NCBI GenBank assembly: GCA_015233935.1
Contig: JADFXB010000008.1
Span: 2,532 to 66,531, forward strand
Source of the DNA: Magnetococcales bacterium
GTDB lineage: Bacteria > Pseudomonadota > Magnetococcia > Magnetococcales > JADFXB01
Length of the DNA stretch: 64,000 nucleotides
Reading direction: 5' to 3'
Below are positions 45,849 to 55,450 of the stretch, piece after piece. Within the stretch, counting starts at the first letter, position 1. The number at the start of each line of letters is the position of its first letter. Both the position numbers and the translations under genes were made by a program. The notes beneath the pieces were generated by a model. That model saw nothing but the letters and a program-made list of their open reading frames with translations, did not search any database and had not been told where the DNA came from.

Positions 45849-46496
45849 ATGAACTTTGAATTGGCTCGTACCAATATGGTCAAATCCCAGGTGCTGCCCA
45901 ATAAAGTCAACGGGGAACATCTGCTGGCCAGTTTGATGCAAACCCCACGGGAAAGCTTCGTCGATGATTCCTATCGGGACTTCGCCTACTCGGATATGGT
46001 CATCCCCTTACCCAAGCATCAACGCAGTATGCTAAAACCCCTGCAATCCGCCCGCCTGATCGAAGCCCTCAACCTCTCCCCCGGCAATAGAGTCATGGTC
46101 CTGGGAGCCGGGCGTGGCTACGAAGCCGCCGTGTTGGCAGGCATGGGCATGCAAGTCTTCGCAGTGGAAGAAAACGCCGATCTGGTGGCAGAAGGTAAAT
46201 CCCTCACCCCGCCAGAAGTGCAATGGAAACAAGGTGATATCAGTAATGGTTGGCCGGAAGAATCCCCCTTCGACGGTGTCCTGATCGCCGGTGGCGTGGC
46301 CCGTGTCCCCAATAAAGCCATCGGTCAGTTGGGCAAAAAAGGGCGTCTGGCCGCCATCGTCCACGTCCCCAACCAACCCCTCATGCGCGCACTGCTCATG
46401 GTGGGAATCGCTGGCGGCGACCGACCAGACTACATGTTTGAAACCATGGCTCCCTATCTTCCAGGTTGGCAGCCCGAAACACCCTTTGAAATTTAA
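45849..46496 (+). CDS. Protein-L-isoaspartate O-methyltransferase family protein
   Basis: VMVLGAGRGYEAAVLA SAM-binding block and PFDGVLIAGG. Likely start MNFELARTNMV (ATG at 45849). Confidence 0.75.
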   Translation: MNFELARTNMVKSQVLPNKVNGEHLLASLMQTPRESFVDDSYRDFAYSDMVIPLPKHQRSMLKPLQSARLIEALNLSPGNRVMVLGAGRGYEAAVLAGMGMQVFAVEENADLVAEGKSLTPPEVQWKQGDISNGWPEESPFDGVLIAGGVARVPNKAIGQLGKKGRLAAIVHVPNQPLMRALLMVGIAGGDRPDYMFETMAPYLPGWQPETPFEI

Positions 46497-46578
46497 TCAA
46501 GGGCGTTATCCAGATTGGCAAGCATGGGGTGAGAACTGCTGGTTTTTCTGCGACCACACCAACCAGGAGGCCATCTGA

Positions 46579-46860
46579 ATGAATAGAGTCGAATCCATCT
46601 CCGTCTCTTTCACGGAAGCAGTCCAACACAGTCCAGGGGCCTGGATCCTGGTGGCCTTCCTGCTTTTTTTGGCCTTCATGATCGCAGGCTATTATATTCA
46701 GGAAAAGTTTATCCTTAAACGGCGGTTCCAAAGCCATGTGCAACTCAAAACTCCCAGTGAGAGACGACATCGTCCAGAGCCACATGAGAACGAAAATACC
46801 GCCACAACCACCGATCAAGGTAACAAAACCAGCCATCCCCCTGCCCATAACAAAAAATAA
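46579..46860 (+). CDS. Small single-pass membrane protein, hypothetical
   Basis: AGGAGG Shine-Dalgarno 8 nt upstream; TM GAWILVAFLLFLAFMIAGYYI; basic and polar tail. Confidence 0.5.
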   Translation: MNRVESISVSFTEAVQHSPGAWILVAFLLFLAFMIAGYYIQEKFILKRRFQSHVQLKTPSERRHRPEPHENENTATTTDQGNKTSHPPAHNKK

Positions 46861-46950
46861 ACGGTTGGCCGGTGATTGAAAACTTGTCGCTCCATCAATG
46901 GGCGACACTTCAACAGTTGTTGGGAATAACAGCCTATTTCGAGGAACCCC

Positions 46951-48186
46951 ATGGCGTTGATCGTACAGAAGTATGGTGGTACTTCGGTCGGGGACCTGGA
47001 TCGCATTCGCAACGTGGCATCCAAGGCAGTGGCCGAACACAAAGCCGGTAACCAGGTGGTGGTGGTGGTCTCCGCCATGTCGGGAGAAACCAACCGACTG
47101 GTGGCACTGGTTGACGGCCTGAGCCGCTTCCCCAACCTACGCGAGTATGATACCGTGGTCTCCGCCGGTGAGCAGATCTCCATCGGTCTGGTCTCCATCG
47201 CAGTGGAAAACATGGGTATCAAATGTCGTTCCTATCTGGGATGGCAAGTCAAGTTTATCACCGACAGCACCTTCTCCAAGGCCCGAATCCGGGAAGTCGA
47301 AGGCTTCCGTATCCGCCGCGACCTGGATGAAGGATGCATCGTGGTGGTGGCAGGCTTCCAAGGTATCGATGACATGGGCAACATCACCACCCTGGGTCGT
47401 GGTGGCTCCGATACCTCCGCCGTCGCCCTGGCCGCCGCCCTGAAAGCCGACCGCTGCGATATCTACACCGATGTGGATGGGGTCTATACCACCGACCCCC
47501 GCATCGAACCACGCGCCACCAAACTGGAGCGTATATCCTACGACGAAATGCTGGAAATGGCCTCCATGGGAGCCAAAGTCCTGCAAATCCGCTCCGTGGA
47601 AATGGCCAAAAAATACCGGGTCCCCTTACGGGTACTCTCCTCCCTGGAAGAAGGCACAGGTACTTTACTTACTGAGGATAGCGAGATGGAAAGAGTCGTG
47701 GTGTCCGCCATCACCTCTGATCAAAATGAGGCCAAATTGACCATCAAAGGGGTGCCGGACCGTCCTGGTATCGCCGCCGCCATCTTTGGCTCCCTGGCAG
47801 AAGCCAATGTCAATGTGGACATGATCATTCAAAATGTCTCCGAAAACGGTGAAACCGATGTCAGCTTCACCGTCTCCAAACGGGAATACCAACTGGCCAT
47901 GAACGTGCTGGATGAACAGGTCAAAAAAATCGGTGCCCGCAGCCTGGGTGGTAATCCCAATATTTCCAAAGTTTCCGTGGTGGGTGTGGGCATGCGCTCC
48001 CACTCCGGCGTTGCCCAGCGCATGTTCTCCTGCCTGGCACGAGAAAATATCAACCTGCAAATGATCTCCACCTCCGAGATTAAAATCTCCGTGGTCATCG
48101 ACGAAAAATATACCGAACTGGCGGTCCGCACCCTCCACGAAGAGTTTGAACTGGAAAAAAGCCTGGCCGACCGAATTAGTGCCTGA
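46951..48186 (+). CDS. lysC: Aspartate kinase
   Basis: MALIVQKYGGTSVGD start, GRGGSDTSAVALAAAL, and two C-terminal ACT domains. Confidence 0.93.
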   Translation: MALIVQKYGGTSVGDLDRIRNVASKAVAEHKAGNQVVVVVSAMSGETNRLVALVDGLSRFPNLREYDTVVSAGEQISIGLVSIAVENMGIKCRSYLGWQVKFITDSTFSKARIREVEGFRIRRDLDEGCIVVVAGFQGIDDMGNITTLGRGGSDTSAVALAAALKADRCDIYTDVDGVYTTDPRIEPRATKLERISYDEMLEMASMGAKVLQIRSVEMAKKYRVPLRVLSSLEEGTGTLLTEDSEMERVVVSAITSDQNEAKLTIKGVPDRPGIAAAIFGSLAEANVNVDMIIQNVSENGETDVSFTVSKREYQLAMNVLDEQVKKIGARSLGGNPNISKVSVVGVGMRSHSGVAQRMFSCLARENINLQMISTSEIKISVVIDEKYTELAVRTLHEEFELEKSLADRISA

Positions 48187-48243
48187 TTGCCACGCGGCAT
48201 CCCTTGCCGCCGCCGGAGGAATTTCCCTCCGGCGGTGTGGCAA
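48187..48243 (+). terminator. Nested GC-rich stem-loop immediately after lysC (no clear U-tract)
   Basis: Inner 10-bp stem (48210-48219 and 48226-48235). Outer 7-bp stem TTGCCAC/GTGGCAA (48187-48193 and 48237-48243). Confidence 0.4.
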
Positions 48244-48365
48244 TCTCCTGGCAACAGACGGGATTTTTTGCAGTGCATCCCCTGTCCAAGCCTGTAACCG
48301 CCCCTTTTTACCTTAACATTCATACAGCCACTTTTCGGGCCGGTCCCCGATAGGGAGTTGTTCCC

Positions 48366-50057
48366 ATGGTACACCCCAAGGAAGGGCGCATTACCCTCTA
48401 CGATACCACCCTGCGGGATGGTTCCCAGGCGGAAGATGTGCTTTTTACAGTTGAGGATAAATTACGCATCCTGCAACGCCTGGATGAATTTGGCGTAGAC
48501 TTCATCGAGGGCGGTTGGCCAGGGGCCAATCCCAAAGATGAACTTTTCTTCCAACAGGCCAAATCCGTTCCCTTGCGTCACTCACGGCTGACCGCCTTCG
48601 GTTCCACCCGCAAGCCTAAATCCAAGGTGGAAAACGATCCGGTCTTGAATGGTCTCCTACGGGCAGAAACCAGTGTGGTCACCATCTTTGGCAAAAGTTG
48701 GGATCTGCACGTCTCCCGCGCCCTCGGTATTACCCTGGAAGAAAATCTCCACATCATCGATGATTCCATCCGTTTCCTCAAACAACGGGTAGATACCGTC
48801 TTCTTTGATGCCGAACACTTTTTTGACGGCTACAAGGCCGCGCCAGAATACGCCCTCAAAGTGTTGGAGACCGCCCGTGATGCCGGGGCCGACTGCCTGG
48901 TTCTTTGCGATACCAACGGTGGCAGCCTGGTGCATGAAATTGCCCAAATCACCCAAACCGCCCAAGCCTTGGGAGCACCTCTGGGAATTCATTGCCACAA
49001 TGATGCAGACCTGGCGGTGGCCAACTCCCTGTCTGCCCTTACCTCCGGGGCCATGCATGTGCAGGGAACCATCAACGGTATCGGCGAGAGGTGCGGCAAC
49101 GCCAATCTGGTCTCCATCATTGCCAATCTGTGCCTGAAAATGGGGTGCAATACCAATATCACCCCGGAACAATTGGCCCGCTTGACCCCACTCTCCCGTT
49201 TTGTGGATGAAATGATCAACCGCTCCCCCCGCAAAAATCAGCCTTATGTGGGGCAGTCGGCCTTCGCCCACAAAGGGGGGATCCATGTCTCCGCCGTGTT
49301 GAAAGATGCGGCCACCTACGAACATGTGGTCCCCGAACTGGTGGGCAATCGGCAGCGGGTGCTGGTCTCGGAACAATCAGGCAAGAGCAACCTGATCTAC
49401 AAGTTTCGTGAAATGGGCATCGAGTTCAACGGCACCGTTGAAGAAGATGGCAAGTTGGCGGGACTTTTGCAAAAAATCAAGGAGTTGGAAAAGGAAGGCT
49501 ATCAGTTTGATGGCGCGGAAGGCTCCTTTGAACTGCTGGCCCGCCGTGCCCTGGGCAAAATGCCCGAATATTTTGCCCCACGCGGTTTCCGGGTCATCGA
49601 CGAACGACGCTTCCGGGAGACCAGTGCCGAAGGCTGCCCAGGACTTCTCAGGGTGCGGGATTCGGAAGGAACCGTCAAACTGTTGGTGGCAGGAGTGGTG
49701 GAACATCTGGTCTCCGAAGGAACCGGACCGGTGGACGCCCTCTACAATGCCCTGCACAAAGTTTTGCAACGCTACTACCCCTCCCTGGCCAGTAATCGCA
49801 TGATGTTGATGGATTATAAGGTGCGCATTCTCAACAAAGGAGGTACCGATGCCAAGGTGCGAGTGCTGGTGGGATGGCGGGATCACTCCCGCTCCTGGAG
49901 TACCGTAGGGGTTTCGGATCATATTATCGAAGCCTCCTATGATGCCATGCTGGATGCCATCACCTATAAACTGTTCAAAGATGGCATCGCACCCCTGGGT
50001 GGGGTGGCTCCCACTTTCGGGGTCATCCCGGCGGATTTTGTCAAAGAGTGTGTGTGA
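48366..50057 (+). CDS. cimA: Citramalate synthase (LeuA/CimA family, long form)
   Basis: ITLYDTTLRDGSQAEDV...FIEGGWPGANPKD N-terminus, HCHND motif, and a C-terminal LeuA dimerisation-type domain. Confidence 0.8.
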   Translation: MVHPKEGRITLYDTTLRDGSQAEDVLFTVEDKLRILQRLDEFGVDFIEGGWPGANPKDELFFQQAKSVPLRHSRLTAFGSTRKPKSKVENDPVLNGLLRAETSVVTIFGKSWDLHVSRALGITLEENLHIIDDSIRFLKQRVDTVFFDAEHFFDGYKAAPEYALKVLETARDAGADCLVLCDTNGGSLVHEIAQITQTAQALGAPLGIHCHNDADLAVANSLSALTSGAMHVQGTINGIGERCGNANLVSIIANLCLKMGCNTNITPEQLARLTPLSRFVDEMINRSPRKNQPYVGQSAFAHKGGIHVSAVLKDAATYEHVVPELVGNRQRVLVSEQSGKSNLIYKFREMGIEFNGTVEEDGKLAGLLQKIKELEKEGYQFDGAEGSFELLARRALGKMPEYFAPRGFRVIDERRFRETSAEGCPGLLRVRDSEGTVKLLVAGVVEHLVSEGTGPVDALYNALHKVLQRYYPSLASNRMMLMDYKVRILNKGGTDAKVRVLVGWRDHSRSWSTVGVSDHIIEASYDAMLDAITYKLFKDGIAPLGGVAPTFGVIPADFVKECV

Positions 50058-50201
50058 GTGACCAGGTTGCTGGCAATTTGATCCACCCTTGTGAGAAAAA
50101 TGCAGAGAAACCATTTCCTGAATGAGGGTTTGGTGGTAGTTATAATAGGGAGTGGAAGTGTTGGGGGAGCAGTCTTCCCGTTCTTGTCAATCGGCTGGTA
50201 G

Positions 50202-50567
<366 letters not shown>

Positions 50568-50581
50568 ATCTTTACTTGCAC

Positions 50582-50617
50582 GACAACAAACCCTGGCCCA
50601 GACCAGGGTTTGTTGTC
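50582..50617. terminator. Perfect 15-bp hairpin between convergent glnB and the DUF302 gene
   Basis: GACAACAAACCCTGG / CCAGGGTTTGTTGTC with a 6-nt loop. Confidence 0.7.
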
Positions 50618-50631
50618 ATCATTGTTCTTAA

Positions 50632-51027
50632 TCAAACAAGGGCAGCAAGTGCCTTTTGCAAACGCTCGGTGACCTCTACGGCCACCTCATTGACCGTGGC
50701 ATTGTCCATCATGGTGGCAAAGGTCATGGGATTGACCGCCGCTACCTCAACAGAACCATTCTCTGTCTCACGCACCACCACATTGCAAGGCAACAGGACG
50801 CTGATATCCGGGACTGCGGTCAAGGTACGCAGGGCGAAGGGCGGATTGCAGGCTCCCAGAATGATGGTGCGGGGATAATCGGCGTTGAGCCGTTTTTTCA
50901 ATGCAGCAGAGACATCAATTTCAGAAAGAATGCCAAATCCCTGCTCCGCCAGGGCCTTGGTCGCAGCTTCAATGGTGGCTTCGTAGCTGGTGGAGACGCT
51001 TTTTACAAGGGCTAGTGGCTCGGTCAT
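50632..51027 (-). CDS. DUF302 domain protein
   Basis: ATIEAATKALAEQGFGILSEIDVSAALKKRL...IILGACNP. Likely start MTEPL (ATG at 51027). Confidence 0.7.
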   Translation of the reverse strand: MTEPLALVKSVSTSYEATIEAATKALAEQGFGILSEIDVSAALKKRLNADYPRTIILGACNPPFALRTLTAVPDISVLLPCNVVVRETENGSVEVAAVNPMTFATMMDNATVNEVAVEVTERLQKALAALV

Positions 51028-51105
51028 GCAACAATCTCCTCGCTGGGGGTAAACCCCCAATTAAGATGATGGGGTAGGGTTCCTGTTTGGTTATTCTGAC
51101 TGGGA

Positions 51106-51414
51106 GTGGACTATATGATGAAAGGTTCCAGAAATAAATTAAGAATTTTACTGTTGGTCGTCTTGTTGGGGATGGGGGGAACCGGAATACAGGAGGGATG
51201 GGCCAATCCAGGGTATTATGGTCCGCCACCCTGGTTGTTTGCTCCCCCGTTTATGGGATGGTTGCCTCCGCCACCACCGCCATGGATGCTCTATCCACCA
51301 CCACCACCGCCTCCTCCGCCTCCTCCTCCTGGATGGCGGGCAGGTAAGGGTGGAAAAAAGGGGGTGAGCATCAGCTTTTGTGGGGGAATGGGTAATCGTT
51401 CCAAATTTCGATAA
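51106..51414 (+). CDS. Small exported proline-rich protein with a 12-Pro run
   Basis: The signal-like segment KLRILLLVVLLGMGGTG is followed by ...LPPPPPPWMLYPPPPPPPPPPPPGW. GTG at 51106; ATGs at 51115 and 51118. Confidence 0.5.
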   Translation: MDYMMKGSRNKLRILLLVVLLGMGGTGIQEGWANPGYYGPPPWLFAPPFMGWLPPPPPPWMLYPPPPPPPPPPPPGWRAGKGGKKGVSISFCGGMGNRSKFR

Positions 51415-51503
51415 GGGGGAACCTTGGCCGGGAAGGATGGTCTAATCCCTGCCTGTATTTCTGCATGTTTTGGTAATGATCACAATCAACGAGGGGTTTC
51501 AGA

Positions 51504-52331
51504 ATGCGCGTTCACTCGGTAAAAAAAGTCATGATGGCGATGGCCGTCCTGTTTTGTTCTGGTTTGGCGTTTGCGGAAGAACCGCCAGCCGCCATGAATC
51601 ACAGTGGTCATGACATGGGGAATATGGCCAATCCGGTTCCCATGCCCCAACCCTGGCCAGGCAATGCCCCCGGTGGATATGGTGGTGGCATGCCCGCTCC
51701 CATGGGCTATGGTGCGCCTCCTTATGGTGGAATGCAGGGAGGATATCCCCAGGGGCATATGCGTGATCCCGCTTCCATGGGTGGGATGATGCCCCAGCGT
51801 GGACAGGGCGGTCACCAATGTCAGTGCCAGCATATGAAAAAGGGCGAAGGTGGCATGGCAGGACAGAATGCAGCCCCCCCAGCCCCTGGTATGGAAGGTG
51901 GCAATCAGCAAATGCCTCCCATGATGGGGCAGCCACCCATGATGGGTGGTCAGCCTCCCATGATGGGCGGCCAGTCCCCCATGATGGGTAAGCCCCCCCA
52001 AATGGGCGAAAATATGGCTGAAATGCATATGGAAAACATGAAACGGCAGATCGGCATTACCGAGGGTCAAAATGCCGATTGGCAAGCTTATACCAGTGCT
52101 TTAAAAGAGCAGATGGCCGTTCATGCAGAAAAACGCCAGCAAAAGGCGGCCATGGCCACCATGAACTCCCTGGAGTTGGCGGAAGCCCGTTTGAAAATCA
52201 TGGAAAAAGCCCTGGAAAAACGTAAAGCCACCGTGTCTGCCTATCAGAAGCTCTACAACAGCTTAAACGATGAGCAAAAAGCACGGGCCAATATGGCCTT
52301 TGCTGGTTTGCCGGTGATGGGTGGTCTGTAA
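51504..52331 (+). CDS. Exported Met/Gly/Pro/His-rich protein with a C-terminal CpxP/Spy/ZraP-like (LTXXQ) domain
   Basis: Signal peptide MMAMAVLFCSGLAFA; QPPMMGG repeats; ITEGQ and LNDEQ LTXXQ-like motifs. Sits directly upstream of copA. Confidence 0.65.
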   Translation: MRVHSVKKVMMAMAVLFCSGLAFAEEPPAAMNHSGHDMGNMANPVPMPQPWPGNAPGGYGGGMPAPMGYGAPPYGGMQGGYPQGHMRDPASMGGMMPQRGQGGHQCQCQHMKKGEGGMAGQNAAPPAPGMEGGNQQMPPMMGQPPMMGGQPPMMGGQSPMMGKPPQMGENMAEMHMENMKRQIGITEGQNADWQAYTSALKEQMAVHAEKRQQKAAMATMNSLELAEARLKIMEKALEKRKATVSAYQKLYNSLNDEQKARANMAFAGLPVMGGL

Positions 52332-52387
52332 AAACAAGGGGGACTTGTCCCCCCGAAAATGATGGGTGAAATTGGGGAATCGGGTCG

Positions 52388-54802
52388 ATGGAAAAGGTGA
52401 CATTACCGGTTTTCGGAATGAGTTGCGCCTCCTGTGCAGGCAAGTTGGAACGCCATTTGGCGGGAGTTGCCGGTGTACGCCAGGCAGGGGTCAATCTTGC
52501 AACAGCCCAGGCCACGGTAGAAGGTGGACTGACCATTCCCCAACTCATGGCAGCGGTGCAGGATGCGGGTTTTCGGGTTCCTACCGTGACCGTCACCCTG
52601 CCGGTGCAGGGCATGGCGGGAGAAGCCTGCGCCCAACGGGTGGCCACGGCTTTGCAGGGGATCGATGGGGTCTTATCGGTGCAGGTCAACCTGGCAGCCG
52701 GTGAGGCGACCGTCAACTATGTGCCGGAAGCCGTCACCTTTGAAATGTTACAAAAATCGGTGCAACAGGCAGGGTATGACCTCTCGCCGGTGGCCAGCGA
52801 CGATACCGATGTGGCTGAAGTGGAACGACAACGGGAGTACCGCTCCTTGCGCACCCGCCTGCTGTGGGGGGCGGTACTCACCGGGTTGACCATGGTGGTG
52901 ATGCATTGGGATATGATGTTGAAGGACCATACCCACCATTTGGGTCAACAGGTCAATTTTTTCCTGCAATGGCTGTTGGTGACGCCGGTGCAATTTTGGG
53001 TAGGGTGGGGGTTCCACCGGGGAACCTGGTTGTCTGCACGTCATGGGACGGCCAACATGAATACCCTGGTGACGGTGGGAACCTTCTCGGCCTATCTTTA
53101 TTCTTTGGCAGTGATGCTCTTTCCCTCCTTTTTCCAACAGGCCAAAGGGGTGGTGCTGGATGTCTATTTTGAAACCGCAGCCTCGATCATTGTTTTAATT
53201 TTACTGGGACGTTTTCTGGAAGCCCGTGCCAAGGGTCGTACCTCCCAGGCCATTCGACGGCTCATGGGGTTGCAACCCCGCACCGCCAGAGTGATTCGCA
53301 AGGGCAAAGAGGTGGATATTCCCATTGCCCTGGTGGCGGTGGGGGATCAAGTGGTGGTGCGTCCGGGTGAAAAAGTACCGGTGGACGGTGTCATCCAAGA
53401 GGGAGAGTCCAGCCTGGATGAATCGTTGATGACCGGGGAGTCCATGCCGGTCACCCGCCGGGCAGGGGAGAGCGTGGTGGGGGGCAGTATCAACCTGGAG
53501 GGCGGTTTTGTCATGACCGCCAGCCGGGTAGGGCGGGAAACGGTCCTGGCCCGTATTGTCCATCTGGTGCGTCAGGCCCAGGGGGCCAAACCGGCCATTG
53601 CCCGTTTGGCTGATCAAATTGCCGCCTGGTTTGTGCCCGCCGTCATGGCCATTGCCACGGTGACCTTTTTGGTCTGGTGGCTGTGGGGACCACAACCCTC
53701 CTTGACCTATGCCTTGCTCAACTTTGTGGCGGTATTGATCATTGCCTGTCCTTGTGCTCTGGGTCTGGCCACCCCCACTTCCATCCTGGTGGGAATTGGC
53801 AAGGGGGCGGAACATGGTATCCTCATTCGTGGTGGCGATGCCTTGGAAACGGCCCACAAGCTGTCGGTGGTGGTTTTCGACAAGACCGGTACGGTCACCA
53901 AAGGCAAACCGGAGGTGACCAACTGGCTGGGGGAGGATGCGGCCCTGGCCTTGGCGGCATCGGCAGAAAAAAGATCGGAACATCCCCTGGCCCAGGCGGT
54001 GGTGCAGTATGCCCAAGGGTTGGGTCTGCCGGTGGTGGAGCCGGAAACCTTTCGTTCGGTCACCGGACGAGGGGTGGAGGCCCGTGTGGATGGGCGACGG
54101 GTGTTGGTGGGTTCCAGTCGCTTTTTGGCGGAAAATCAGGTAACTGTTGAAAACCGCCAGCAGGTGGAGGCCCTGGAGGAAGAGGGTAAAACCGTTATGC
54201 TGGTGGCAGTGGATGGTCTCTTGCAGGGAATGATCGCGGTTGCGGATGCCATTCGACCAGAGAGTCGCCAGGCGGTCACCACCCTGCAAAGCATGGGATT
54301 GCAGGTGGTCTTGTTGACCGGTGATAACCAGCGCACCGCCCAGGCCATTGCTCGTCAATTGGGGATCGAAAAGGTGATTGCGGAGGCGACCCCTGCCGAC
54401 AAGGCGGAGCAGGTGGCCTTGTTGCAACAAGAGGGAAAAAAGGTGGCCATGGTGGGGGATGGCATCAACGATGCACCGGCTTTGGCGCGCGCGGATGTGG
54501 GGATTGCCATTGGGCGGGGTGCGGATGTGGCCATGGAAGCGGCCTCCATTACCCTCATGACCAGCGACCCCCGCAGTGTGGCCACGGCGATTCAGCTTTC
54601 CAGGGCCACCATGGTCAACATTCGACAAAATTTATTCTGGGCTTTTGCCTATAATGTCATCTTAATTCCATTGGCGGCGGGGGTGTGGTATCCATGGTTT
54701 CATATTCTTCTTTCTCCCGTGTTTGCCGCAGCGGCCATGGGTTTGTCCAGCGTGACCGTGGTTTCCAACGCCTTGCGCTTGCGGCATTTTCAACCCTCCT
54801 GA
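52388..54802 (+). CDS. copA: Cu(I)-translocating P1B-type ATPase
   Basis: N-terminal GMSCASC metal-binding domain, a second degenerate one (GMAGEAC), CPC in the TM segment (IACPCALGLATP), DKTGT, and GDGINDAPAL. Confidence 0.92.
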   Translation: MEKVTLPVFGMSCASCAGKLERHLAGVAGVRQAGVNLATAQATVEGGLTIPQLMAAVQDAGFRVPTVTVTLPVQGMAGEACAQRVATALQGIDGVLSVQVNLAAGEATVNYVPEAVTFEMLQKSVQQAGYDLSPVASDDTDVAEVERQREYRSLRTRLLWGAVLTGLTMVVMHWDMMLKDHTHHLGQQVNFFLQWLLVTPVQFWVGWGFHRGTWLSARHGTANMNTLVTVGTFSAYLYSLAVMLFPSFFQQAKGVVLDVYFETAASIIVLILLGRFLEARAKGRTSQAIRRLMGLQPRTARVIRKGKEVDIPIALVAVGDQVVVRPGEKVPVDGVIQEGESSLDESLMTGESMPVTRRAGESVVGGSINLEGGFVMTASRVGRETVLARIVHLVRQAQGAKPAIARLADQIAAWFVPAVMAIATVTFLVWWLWGPQPSLTYALLNFVAVLIIACPCALGLATPTSILVGIGKGAEHGILIRGGDALETAHKLSVVVFDKTGTVTKGKPEVTNWLGEDAALALAASAEKRSEHPLAQAVVQYAQGLGLPVVEPETFRSVTGRGVEARVDGRRVLVGSSRFLAENQVTVENRQQVEALEEEGKTVMLVAVDGLLQGMIAVADAIRPESRQAVTTLQSMGLQVVLLTGDNQRTAQAIARQLGIEKVIAEATPADKAEQVALLQQEGKKVAMVGDGINDAPALARADVGIAIGRGADVAMEAASITLMTSDPRSVATAIQLSRATMVNIRQNLFWAFAYNVILIPLAAGVWYPWFHILLSPVFAAAAMGLSSVTVVSNALRLRHFQPS

Positions 54803-55287
54803 CCCTCCTGGTTGGCGTGTCTGAAGCCGGGGCAGAGGAGGAGTGCATTTCCCTGCCCCAATCGGTAGAAGCGGCCATCAAGGCGCACAACGATGATGTC
54901 TATGGGGAGGAGGCTTGTGAGTGGCGGCAAGTGGTCAAAGGGGATGTAAATAAAGACGGTCGCGAGGATTATGTCGTCCACTACCTCATTTCCGGGGCTT
55001 GTTATGAGTCGGGAGAAGAACCCCCAGGGGCCTGCGGTAACCAATTTTCCGGCTATCTTGCCTTGTTTTTGCAGAAAAAGGATGGTTTCACCGCCTCCGA
55101 TCCTGTGCATGTCAGTGGCAAGTTTTGGCGGGAGGTGGAAGAAATAAAAATTAAAGACCATGCCATTGTGGTCAACTATCTGGATCTGGAAAAGATGGAT
55201 GCCTCTCGCAACTATAAGCCGGGCAAGGCTGTATATAAAGTGAAGGGCCATCAGATTGAAAATGAACGGGTGGCAAAAAGGAGATGA
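54685..55287 (+). CDS. Hypothetical exported protein with an FG-GAP/VCBS-like DxNxDGxxD loop; its 5' end overlaps the copA 3' end
   Basis: GTG at 54685 or ATG at 54694 gives ...RDRGFQRLALAAFSTLLTLLVGVSEA|GAEE (signal-like). DVNKDGREDYVV motif. An alternative GTG at 54817 would remove both the overlap and the signal. Confidence 0.45.
   Translation: MVSMVSYSSFSRVCRSGHGFVQRDRGFQRLALAAFSTLLTLLVGVSEAGAEEECISLPQSVEAAIKAHNDDVYGEEACEWRQVVKGDVNKDGREDYVVHYLISGACYESGEEPPGACGNQFSGYLALFLQKKDGFTASDPVHVSGKFWREVEEIKIKDHAIVVNYLDLEKMDASRNYKPGKAVYKVKGHQIENERVAKRR
55206..55257 (+). repeat. 52-bp direct repeat, copy 1 (inside the 3' end of ORF 54685-55287)
   Basis: TCGCAACTATAAGCCGGGCAAGGCTGTATATAAAGTGAAGGGCCATCAGATT; 51/52 identical to 55752-55803. 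Confidence 0.95.
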
Positions 55288-55450
55288 TGTGTATTTGGCT
55301 ATAATTACCAACAGGTTATACTTGAACTGGCCATCCATGGTGATGGAATAGGCTCCACTCGGACACGGCTTTGACGAGTTCCTGTCTCTTTCGTCTGTAA
55401 ACAGCTCAAACAGCTTGACAGCATCGCCTTTTCTGTCGCAAAATCTTTCC

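Noticed and set aside
46396-47040. 214-aa minus-strand ORF spanning the PCMT 3' end, the small membrane ORF and the lysC 5' end.
   Set aside because: It overlaps two well-supported genes and has no motifs. The plus-strand 93-aa ORF has a strong AGGAGG Shine-Dalgarno and a clear TM helix, so it is the better call for this interval.
51460-51490. Imperfect palindrome TTGGTAATGATCACAATCAA upstream of the Met-rich gene, considered as a possible metal-regulator operator.
   Set aside because: Only about 14 of 20 positions are symmetric, and no MerR/CsoR/CopY-type regulator is encoded nearby. This is too weak to call.
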